From Octopus sinensis (lineage: Eukaryota): a stretch of DNA of 64,000 bases. The DNA lies in assembly GCF_006345805.1 (NCBI RefSeq), contig NC_042998.1, forward strand, positions 66,278,001-66,342,000, read 5' to 3'. The notes beneath the pieces were generated by a model that had not been told where the DNA came from, searched no databases, and saw only the letters and a list, made by a program, of their open reading frames with translations. Below, piece by piece: positions 50,090 to 61,559 of the stretch. How positions within the stretch are numbered: position 1 is the first letter of the stretch; every line of letters begins with the position of its first letter. Made by a program: the position numbers and the translations under genes.

Positions 50090-50769
50090 GATAGATACAT
50101 ACATACATACATACATATATATACGCAAATATGGTGAAATGCTTCTATCCCCAACTGCTGGAATATCTAATAAATGACATGAATTATATATATAGCAATA
50201 TGGAAGTATATCACTTTCCCTCACAACATTAGGTAAAATAAATACAAAACCTGCAGCGAATCTCTCCCCTTAAAAAGAACACTTGTCTCATAATAATCAT
50301 TCTTTCTCCCACTTTCTCGCTCACTTTCTCTCTCTCTCTTTTGCTCTCTCTCTCTCTCTCTCTCTATCTCAATCTTATGCTATAAGCAATTATAGGCATC
50401 AGCAGCAGTTTGCAGTGATTAACTACGTGAATATGTGTGTGTATATACATACCTATACATACTTATATGTATATATAAGTAACAACTGATGGACGGGTGT
50501 CAATTGATTACAGCTGTGTCTAACGAATGTTTAATTGATTATATCATTATAAAAAAGCCATTTTCTACAGATGAATGCATGAATATTACAGTCAAGGAAA
50601 TTGGAATTGTTTTAAATATCGCTGATTGTAACATTCATGTATTCATCTGAAGAAAACGTTTTTTTTATAATGATTCCCATCAATTTATACACTCATTAAT
50701 CAATTTAAAAATCGTTACAAACGAGTGTAATTGATTGAAACCTATCCATCAATTGTTACTTACTCTTTA

Positions 50770-51162
50770 CTCTTTTATTTGCTTCAGTCATTTTGACTGC
50801 GGCCATGCTGGAGCACTGCCTTTAGTCGAGGAAATCGAACCCCAGGACTTATTCTTTGTAAGCCTAGTACTTATTCTATCGGTCTCTTTTGCCGAACTGC
50901 TAAGTTACAGCGACGTAAACACACCAGCATCGGTTGTCAAACAATGTTGGGGGGACAAACACACACACACACATATATATATATACATATATACGACGGG
51001 CTTCTTTCAGTTTCCGTCTACCAAATCCACTCACAAGGCTTTGGTCGGCCCGAGGCTATAGTAGAAGACACTTGCCCAAGATGCCACGCAGTGGGACTGA
51101 ACTCGGAACCAAGTGGTTGGTAAGCAAGAAAGCTATTTACCACACAGCCACTCCTGCGCCTA
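50770..51162 (-). mobile_element. Full-length tRNA-derived CORE-like SINE
   Basis: Minus head taggcgcaggagtggctgtgtggtaa...ggttccgagttcagtcccactgcgtggcatcttgggcaagtgtcttc; internal (TA)/(TG) tract; common tail. Confidence 0.85.
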
Positions 51163-51929
51163 CTTCTTTATTTTTAATTCACTTATCCCGGAACATGCCC
51201 CTCGCGTATTCTGAAGTATATTATAGACTGCATATTTAGTAAAGAGCGAATAATATACTCGGTTGGGTCTATTTAACTGCATACTTTACCCGAATATTCT
51301 GTCAGTGCTACTGTAGCAAGGCTGGTACTCATCTTTAACTGCTGTGGGTGTGCATTTTTTTTTTTTATTCCGACTTAACTAGGTGCCTCACATTTACGTA
51401 GACGACTCTTTGCCATTACGTGCTCTCTTTTTCGGTGGCATGCTTGTAATTATCTGGAAAACGAAAATAGGTTTTAGTGTACCAAGTGATTATCGATTCT
51501 ATCCTAAGCTAACAAAAGCCCCTTTATTCTCTCTTCCCACATAGCCTGCGGATAAAATAACAGCGAATGCCGCATAAAGTTAAATTGGTATGGAGCTTTC
51601 TGAAAGATACATATAGCTTTCGCTAGTAGGGGCAAAATTCTTATTTAATTGTTGTTTATTTGGGACGAATCATATGTGATTGTTTAAAAGAGATTAGAAT
51701 GACAATGATAAAACTCATTTCAAACAATGGACAACAGTCGAAATATCATTATTGATGTGTAAGTGAAACAACGCATTGGTAGGTAAACAAAGTTATTAAA
51801 ACAGAGAAAAGAGGAAATGGGACATCACCTTTCAAGTAACTCAGAATAGGTAAAGGTAAGCTTGCCAAAGTTTAATGCAGCTTAAATATGGAGATTAATA
51901 TTGTTTGGTTTGGGATATTCATTACGTAC

Positions 51930-52860
51930 AGTGTTCCTAGCCAATTTAATCACCGTCGCAGGTGGACAGTCGACATAAATACACAAAATGCTTTCACTTT
52001 TATAATATTCTCTAACCAAAGCCCGAACAATACACAGTAATAAACATATAAAAAATATAGAAAGTACTAACACATAATTACAACATAAATAAATAATAAA
52101 TCCCAAAAATATTCTGTACTGGAAATCTATTTCCATATAAGTTAAAAAATAAGGAAAGCAGTCGAAATAAATAGACAAAATACTTTCAGTTATATAATAG
52201 TGTCTAACCAAAATTCAATCTAGACATACCAATACACATAAAAAAATATAGAATGTAATAACACAGAATTACAATATATAAATAAATAATAAATTTTTAA
52301 ATTTGATAAACACGAAGTAATATTCTCTAATGGTAATATACGAGCATATAGATTTAAAAAGTACGGACAACCCAACATGTGAAAAGAAACTAGGTACACA
52401 CAACGAATTTGGATAAATCTTTTAAATTAACATAAACATTTATTTACATGACAGAAAATTACCGGATTCATAACACGTTTTGTTCTAAATATAACAGCTA
52501 AATAAAATTTTTCAGATAACTCTTTTAAATTAACATTTACATGAAAAGAAAATGTTTCCTGACTGGGTCACCGCGCAGGTGGACAGTCGAAATAAGTAAG
52601 TAGACAAAATCATTTCACATTTATAAAATTATTCAATAAGTATGGAAGACAGCACATACAAAAAAACCATTTCCATTTACGTCCATTTACGCAGAATCTC
52701 TGGGCAAAATGTCCAGGATCTCTGGGCAAAACCTTACACACATATTACTTATGTCTTTGGGACCTAACTAATATGTATGTAAAGTTTGGAGAAAATCGGT
52801 TGACAATTGTGGGAATGTATGCGTTAGTCATCATACACACATACTATGATTTATATATAT
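51930..52860 (+). mobile_element. Possible Helentron-associated non-autonomous element (HINE/DINE-like)
   Basis: Internal repeats (gcaggtggacagtcga..taaatagacaaaat at about 51958, 52158 and 52575) and 3' end aaagtttggagaaaatcggttg...catacacacatactatgatttatatatat, resembling such elements; inference. Confidence 0.35.
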
Positions 52861-52927
52861 CTTTACATATATTCGGGTGCTTATTTTACTGGAAACTGGT
52901 GATTTTGCTTACAGTTGCTTATGGAGT

Positions 52928-52983
<56 letters not shown>

Positions 52984-52989
52984 CTCTTA

Positions 52990-53745
52990 GACATAGCCAC
53001 GGTACGTGGATAGCCACTGTCACTAGCCATGCCGTCTATGGTACAAATTCATCACAGGCAATAAAAAATCACAATGACTTTGAAAGCTTACAGTGGGACC
53101 TGTATTCGATATATAAGTGGACTGAAATAAATAACATGCAGTTTAATGCAGGAACATTTTAAGCACTGCACTATCAACTCTCGAATACACTACAGCCTGC
53201 ATATACAGGAACAATGGAACTATCTTCCGAGAGTCATAGGCAGTTAGGGGCTTTGGGATCAGTATGTGCAATGACGCATCATATTTTATGCACATTGCCA
53301 AGATAACAGCAAAGTGCTGACAACTGGCTTGATGGGCATTTAGGTCCTTCAAGACAAGTGAGCAGGAAATTATTCTAACCCTGTAGATAACTTTTGTTCT
53401 CTGCTGCCTGGACTACTGCTCGAAGTTATGGGCACCACATTGTGCCAAACTAACAGCGAAGCTTAAGGCAGTCCAACGTCAATATACACTAAAACTATTG
53501 AAACAGTGCAGCGGAAGAGCTACAGGGATAGGCTGAGAAAACTGCAAATTTTACACCCTGGAAAAAAAGCATGAGAGATATACAATAATCTATATATGGA
53601 AAACTCTAGTGGGGCTAGTACCTACTTTCGGCATTGAGTGTTGTACAAATGCCAGAACTGAGCGCCAAAGATATCACCGCTCCATTCAGGACCAGATACT
53701 GCAATAGTTTAGGGTTCAAAGACCCACATATCCTCAAAGGCACAT
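52990..53745 (+). mobile_element. CR1/L2-group LINE RT 3' fragment
   Basis: QAIKNHNDFESLQWDLYSIYKWTEINNMQFNAG, (V)RGFGISMCND, CLDYCSKLWAPH, AVQRQYT, YRDRLRKL and APFRTRYCNSLGFK; frameshifted. Confidence 0.85.
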
Positions 53746-56148
53746 ACAGGAGTCATGATGGGAAAAGCCCCAGACTGAGGAGATCAGTAAGACCACGGTG
53801 GTGCTCCAGCATGGCCACTACCAAATGACTGAAACAAGTAGAAGGGTATAAAGGAGTATATATATATATATATACGGGGACACACGCATAGGCACACACG
53901 AACATATAGACACACAAACACACACATATACACACACACAGTTGTATTGGTCAATGCAAGAACTAGATGCGTAAATATATAAATCTAAGTAGGAATTGAT
54001 TATTTGAAATGTGGGATGAAACATTCTGCATGTTTGTTAGAGAAGGTGCGTCAACTAATGATTAAAGTGTCCACCTCGCGATCATTAATTTTATGGGTAC
54101 AACTCTTGAACTAGGTGCTATGCTGTGACCTTGAGAATGATACTTCAGATCATGTCATTGTAGTGTAGTATATTGTGAATACGCAGGGCAACACTCTGCT
54201 CCCTCAGATACAACGTCATGGACAGCCGCTGTGTCAGAACGGGAGAGAATCGACCGAAGGAATTGTCTACTCGTAAAATATTAGTCACCAGTGAAATGAA
54301 GGGATGCATTAACAAACCATACTCTTTCACTGGTGACGTCTGACTCTTTAATGTTTGGTTGGAAAAAATGTTACAAACATACGACGTTAATTTCGTCATA
54401 GATTTTAACGGATAAAAATTTACGTTTATTGCTAGAATTATAAATTGCATTTGGAGTAACCGTGAATTCAACTGAGAACTGAGTGCTTTGACAATTATTA
54501 TCAAAATAAGCAGTTTGTAAATGTAAAATAAAGTAAAATCTACACAAATTAGTGAACATTTTACAAACATTGAACCACTTACACTCATTGACTTCACCAT
54601 CCAGAATGCACCACAGCATGTATCCAAAGCCAGCGCTCACATAACAAAATAATTTAGAAACATTCAAACAGCAGGTTGCCAGACAATGGAATATTTAGTC
54701 ATCATTATATGAAAGAATGTGAACGTATTTCAATAAGTTTCAGAACACTCAAACACAAGCATAAACACACAAATATATGCGGATGCATGAGTAGGAAAAT
54801 ATTTATGGTTCTAGTGTGGAGGTAAGATCCAAAGATCGAGATGTATGGAGGTAGTAAACATTGAACAGTTCGTAGAAGTTATAAAAAAATTTATTTTAAG
54901 GAACAGTAGTGGTTTACTAACGTAAATGGTTGTACATTTTCTTCCATATACACAGAGATGCAGGAAGTAAATAGACACGTTTAATTGTCAAACTCTTTTA
55001 TTTTATATTGATTGGTTGAAAGAAAGGTTTTCTTCTAGCTGCTCATCCATAATACCCAAGCTTATGCAGATATGTAACATACGTTCTTGAACTAACTTCT
55101 AGCTGTTTTGCAATGTCAGAAACCTTCGAATGGGTTTCGTTTTCCCCAATTCTCTTCAAACAGCGAAGCTTTCTTTCCGAGGGCCCATGTAGGCAGGGAC
55201 GAGAATCTGTTGATTATTTTCCTCGGCTTTTGACTTGCACTATAATTTTATGAACAGTAGCAAGAGGAATTTGAAGATTGTCAGCAATTTTTCGCTGGCT
55301 CAGACAAGGCTCAGATTGCCCCAAAATATGACCTGTTTGAAAATCTGACAGTTCTGCTGAATTTTTTGTGCGTGGCATGGTTACTTTTCGCAAATATTTA
55401 ATATAATAGCACCTGGAATGAAAAAGATTAAATACATTGTAAATTCTACACCACTGAAAACCTATTAAGACGCTTAGATCAGAAATTTTGAAAATTAAAG
55501 TTGTCTATTTACTTCCAGCATATCTGTGTAGAAACTCGATAAGCTGAAAAAAGTTATTTTGTAGTTCACCCCATGATATTTTTACGCCAATTTTCCTACT
55601 TTTCTCATCTCCCCAAGCTTGTTGATCAAGTACACACACATATATGCATTAACTGCTGTGGAATTGAAGTTAACATTAGATTTTAAATATTTATACACAT
55701 TATATCATTATTTGTATGCCCTGATATATATTCCGGTATTTGAAGATCTCTCTTTTACTTGTTGTGCGTTCTATAACCCTTCGTCTTGCAATTCCTTTAA
55801 AATTTCCTCTTTGCGCCATCTTTCAGCTCCCTTTTCAGTGAAGCCTCTGTGATTTAGTTTTATTACAACACTATAATACTGGTCCCGGTTTCAACTCATA
55901 ATCTTTCATTTGATAAACCCTTGCATCACACCCGCTGTCCCACGTCAGCTGGTGGTCTAAACCAAGTGAGGGATGATGTTAAAACTGCATCAAGAGGCGA
56001 AATACTTCTGTTAATACCACCTAAGAAGTCTCCTGCTAAGGCAGAGGAACATCTGAAATCAAGGGCGGAATGTTTGAAACGAAGGGGTGTCAGATAGAGG
56101 TGGACGGTTATGGCTAACAGCTTGGAGAAAAGCTTAATTGGCTATAAT

Positions 56149-56215
56149 ACGTCCATGTTAACCACACGTCCATGTTAACCACACGTCCATGTTAACCACA
56201 CGTCCATGTTAACCA
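56149..56215. repeat. 17-bp minisatellite x4 (ACGTCCATGTTAACCAC)
   Basis: Three perfect copies plus a 16-bp fourth, with no spacers. Confidence 0.97.
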
Positions 56216-59200
56216 TACCAGAACCCATATTGCATCGTTTTTCATCCGGGTTAACAGCATCAGTGGAGAGGCCTCACTATCGCCAACTCACAGAGGGCAT
56301 CGAATGACCAAGAGATATGTTGAAATCTGCTTGCGTCGTAATCTACGAATGCTCCGACGACTATACGGTCAAGGGATAGGAAGGGAAGGAATGATAATAA
56401 CATCTGATTTTCTAATAGTTTGAACGTATTCCAATTTTATTCATCTTTCAGCCATCCTTCCAGCATCAACGATTCAAACATACAACCAGTGGATTCTTAT
56501 TAATAAGTTAGTTCCTTTTATTTGTTATATAAAACACCATTCTAAAGATATCTGATGAAACTGCAACGTTCATTTTAACTGTTTAAACGTTAAGAAACGC
56601 AAATAATAACGTGTTTTTCTGTCTTTATATAGGCTTGTGTCTGTTACTGTGTTTTGTTCAGGGTTTGAATGAATTAATGAAATTAATTTTTCTTCTAGCT
56701 AAATATTCAGAATATAGGCTTTAAAACATATAACAACGTGTAATTGTTATCTTAGTGCTATGTTGAATGTAGAGAATACAGTCCGTAACATAACAGTTTC
56801 CCAAAATAGAGATAAATGAAATAAACTCAATGGAGTAAGACTTCGGAAAGAAAATAATCTGGAATCTTTAGAAAAAATGTCGACAACTTATATTGCTTAA
56901 AGATCAGAAATAAGGTGACAGTGTGAATAAATTTTATAAAATCGAAGTCTTATAAAATAAAACGAAATAAAACACGTTACTGAAAAAATGTTTCGCTTAT
57001 TGGTGAATGTTTTCAGCAAGTAAATACAGAAATCGTATTCATAAAGTAGAAACTAATTTAGAACATGTAATTGAATATTACCATTGGCTGTCTGTTTGCC
57101 ACAGGCAACTGTAATTCTCGTGCTTTCAAAAGCTAATCGTATGTCACAATTTCTATCGTTTAAGAAAACACGTGTTGACTTGGTAATTACAATGGTGTTC
57201 ATTTAAAATGTGTCCTTGGTATAAGTTCTATTCCAAGAAAATGGCGGTAGGGGCGCCAAGATTAAATTAAAGTAAATTTCCTGACGTTTAAAATTGAAGG
57301 GACTGAAAAGAAGCAACATTGAAGTATTCGTTGCCTGAAACTGAAAGTGAACACAATTGGAATGTTCTTTACTTTTCTTTGTATAATACAATGCTCGAAG
57401 CTGAAGATTTTTGCGTTAGTAATTTCGAAGACTTCCTTTTATTTATTAAGCAAACAGCTGTGAAGACAACAGAAGTGACCACACAATACACCATGGACTT
57501 TAAATATTCTTAGAGGAATGAACTCAGAATTCTTTTTTATTTTCGTGAAAGTTTCGCAGACTCAGTATGCGAGGTATACTATGCATGTATAAAATCGAAG
57601 CCATCGCTTCTGATACCAGAAATGCTTCTTGATCAGTCAATTAAATTATGGCATTGATATCATCAGCTATTTCTCTGGTATTTGAAACAAAAGTTAACAT
57701 GCACATATTGAGTACTTTTCCGTACATTTATGCACGTACATAGAAACGTTCCTCTTTCTCAAATCTGTAGGTCTCCGAGGCCAAATCACCATGGTCGACG
57801 ACCCGATATTAAGAGATGTCACGGATGTGTGGAAATTAATCTAATTAATCATAATAATTCCTACAGCTTAAGAAAGAAAGACTGCTTTATTTTTCGACCA
57901 TTTTACGGGATGTCGCTTTCGTGGTAAAACATCTGATATTGAACCCACAACACCCTGATTTTCCGTTTGCTTAGACACTTTTGAAAATTAAAATAATATG
58001 AATGGTTACACCATTAGTTATTTGGAGAAGAAATTCATAGATATTTCTGTATATTTCCATTAAATACGAATATCACTTTCAAATCACCTCATCTCAATCA
58101 ACGTCTTGGATAAACCGTTAATGCCATGACAGGTTTTGTATAATTCTATACAAAACCTGCATTCCAATTTTAATACAGAGCCCATGTTATTTTGTATTTC
58201 AATGGTGTCCAAATTATTAGATTATCAGCAATCTTCAGTAGAATAGTTTTCAAGTTCTATAGTGATATATTTTCAGATGTGACATGCTTGTCTTGAGCGA
58301 ATCACTAAATAGGAATGGCATTATCAAAAGGTTAGTGTGCATTAAGTATGCTGATATGTAACTATCAAAATGAATCCATTTGCCCAGTTAGGATAGTTCC
58401 AATGTCCAAGGTACTGAGCTATACGGGAATACATTACTAGTATGAAGGTATATCGAGGAACTACACGGAAGCGAAAGAGGCGTCAAGAGGTATAATAAAT
58501 TTGTGCTAATCACAGGGAAAACATTATTTCTCTGTTTTACACACATATTGTAAAAATTGCTTGAAGCGCTGCGCACATTATTTTCAGGGTCGTTGTCAAC
58601 AGGAAAATTACATAACATTATGGGGCACAAAGGTAGTGTCTCTTGGTTTAATTGCATTTTGAATATTTGGAAACCGCCCCGAGATTTCCTTAAAGAAAAA
58701 ACCTGAGTTGTGATGTCAAAACAAAATATCACGTTACCAAATATCACGTCGTTTCCTATAAATACTCCTATTGAAATGGTATTTCAAGTTTATTTACACA
58801 AAGAAGTTTACTGAAAACAGGAAGATCTACTTTTATGGAATGCGGGGTCTACTGCAAATTAGCTGATGTGACCTACGAAATCTACACAGCCCATCATGTG
58901 ATCTGCCATGGCCACTGAGGATGAGTGTAACTCATCTGCCAATGAGAAACCATTTATTTAGAGCATATATACTTAGAAATTTCACTGCTTAATATTAAGT
59001 GTACACATGTTCAGGAATATGTTTGTAACAATGGAGTGAACTAAGGGTAGTTGGTTCGTGAGTTGTATGTATATATATGTTTGTGTGTGTTTATATGTGC
59101 GTGTGTTTGTGTGCGCGTGCGTGCGCACACGTGAATGTGCATGTGTGTGTCTGCATGAGAATGTGAATACGTACAACACAACGTCCATAAACAGGCAACA

Positions 59201-59699
59201 CATGAATAAGTAGAAGCAATAGATACCCCTAAAAATGCCAGAATTAGTTTCCTAGTGAAGGGCAATCACGCAATATCACTGAATAGTATAACAGAAAGCG
59301 CCATTAAGCGGAAGGTATCCTTTAACAAGTATAAGCCTACGAAGGAAAGAATTTCAATATTTCAAGGAAGAACAACTAAGAACCATGAAACCACAATACA
59401 CAGCAGACCCCCTTGTCAGCTGCTTAATGGATATCATTATGCTTTTGACACTTGTGCATTACCAACAGCCGAGGATTTCGTACATGGTGTTGTGGATCGT
59501 TATTACAATATACCAATTTCCTCAAACCAATATTTCTAGAGGAAAAGTAGCTATATGTATATATGTATGTTTATACATACATACATACATACATATACAT
59601 ACATACATACATACATACACATACATACATACATACATACATACATACATACATACATACATACATACATACATACACACATACTTACATACATATATA

Positions 59700-60607
59700 T
59701 GAAAGCCAAATCTTTCAGATACGGACTGTCGGACTCTTACGCAAATTGTTACAAAGGATCTCAAAAGTACATCTCCTAAAATTACTCCAGAGCTTAACGA
59801 CAACCTCGAGAAGACGGTTTCCACAAAAACTCTACAACGAGAGCTGCACAAAGCCGGATTTCACGGGAGGGATGCAATCAGAAAACCACTACACTCGAAA
59901 ACAAACGTTTTAAAGCGTTTAGAGTGGAGTAAAGACCTACAGAATCGGTCCCTAGAGTAATGGAAGAAAGTTATTTTCTCGGACGAGTCATCATTTACCT
60001 TATTTTCGACCACCGGCCGAGTATACATGTGGAGACAGTCAAAAGAAACATCTGACTCAGACTGCAGTCTTCCAACTGTTAAACATGGAGGAAGATCTGT
60101 GATGATCTAGGGACTATATCTTGGAAATCGGACGGCCTAATGGTTTTCTTTCACGGCAGAATTAATAGTAAAGACTATTTAGGCATTTTATCTGATCAAA
60201 TTATTCTTATGGTTGCGGAACTGTTTCCGAAGGGAAATGCAATCTTTCAGGATGGTAATTCACCAATTCACACAGCTAAATTTGTTGCTGAATGGCACAA
60301 GAAACATTGTTGTGAAGTTAAACATCTTATCTGGCCCGAAGAGTCACCCGATCTCAACATTATTGAACATTTAAGGTGCAGTTTAGAAAAACAAGTAAGG
60401 AGTTGATATCCCCCACCATCATGACTACAAGAACTGGTGACTATACTGCACGATGCAGTAAGGTCTCTTTAGAAACAATTGAAACTATATACAAGTCCAT
60501 ACCTCGTAGAATTCAAGCCGTTATTACTGCCATAGGCCGTCATACTCCATATTAAGATAAATTTGTTTGAAATTTTAAGGTGTTCCCACTATTTTGTCCA
60601 ACTCCTA
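59700..60607 (+). mobile_element. 5'-truncated decayed Tc1-like (DD34E) transposon
   Basis: GFHGRDAIRKPL, WKKVIFSDESSF, TVKHGGRSVMI, FQDGNSPIH and WPEESPDLNIIEHL; right TIR ggtgttcccactattttgtccaactcc followed by TA. Confidence 0.9.
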
Positions 60608-60613
60608 TACGTA

Positions 60614-60695
<82 letters not shown>

Positions 60696-60736
60696 ATCAT
60701 GGCTCGGCTTCACCATATATACACACACACACATAT

Positions 60737-60797
<61 letters not shown>

Positions 60798-61476
60798 CAA
60801 GTAATTCTAAGAATTTATATATATAAAACAAGTAATTCTAAGAAAAAATATTAATTTTCTAAAAACGACGATGTTCCAGCGACCTGCAGCAAACGTGACA
60901 AAAGCTAAGACTTATCTTTTCCCTTAATTAGTGTTCACTGTGTAAATACTGTGTGTAATCACCAAGTGGAAATTCCTAACTCCAAAACGGAGGTGACATT
61001 CACTATAATAGCACAGAAAGGTATATGATACCATAGGCTGTTAAAAACATTGCTTTCAACACTAATTAAAACATATCCTTCTATAGATGTATACTATGTT
61101 ATGAACTGGACATTTCTCGAAATCTTCGCAAATTTTCCTTGTGTCTGCATGCAACAGTTTATAACATTTAGCTAACATATTCCCAACATAATAACATTAT
61201 CCTGTTTTTTCCACATGCAAGTTGTATGCATGGCATATGTGTGTGTGTGTGTGTGTGTGAGCGTGTGTGTGTATGTGTTAGCGTATGTGTGTGTGTTTGT
61301 GTTTGTGTGTGTGTGTGTTAGAAAGTCAATATAAAGAAGGATACCGCTACTTCAGTAAAGTGAGAAAGGAATCCAATGGCAATAGTTGGTAGTTCTCAAA
61401 GAAAATCACGAATTTGATAATTGATATATAATGATTATAGAAATAAGTGGTATATATATTATATTAGCCTTTAGCG

Positions 61477-61526
<50 letters not shown>

Positions 61527-61559
61527 TACAATTATAATAATAATAATAATGATATTCAT

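Noticed and set aside
54145-54627. 160-aa minus-strand ORF as a gene
   Set aside because: No recognisable domain, promoter or splice support; the N-terminal half has AT-rich non-coding composition.
56149-56215. CRISPR-like array
   Set aside because: Contiguous repeats without spacers, no cas genes, eukaryotic context.
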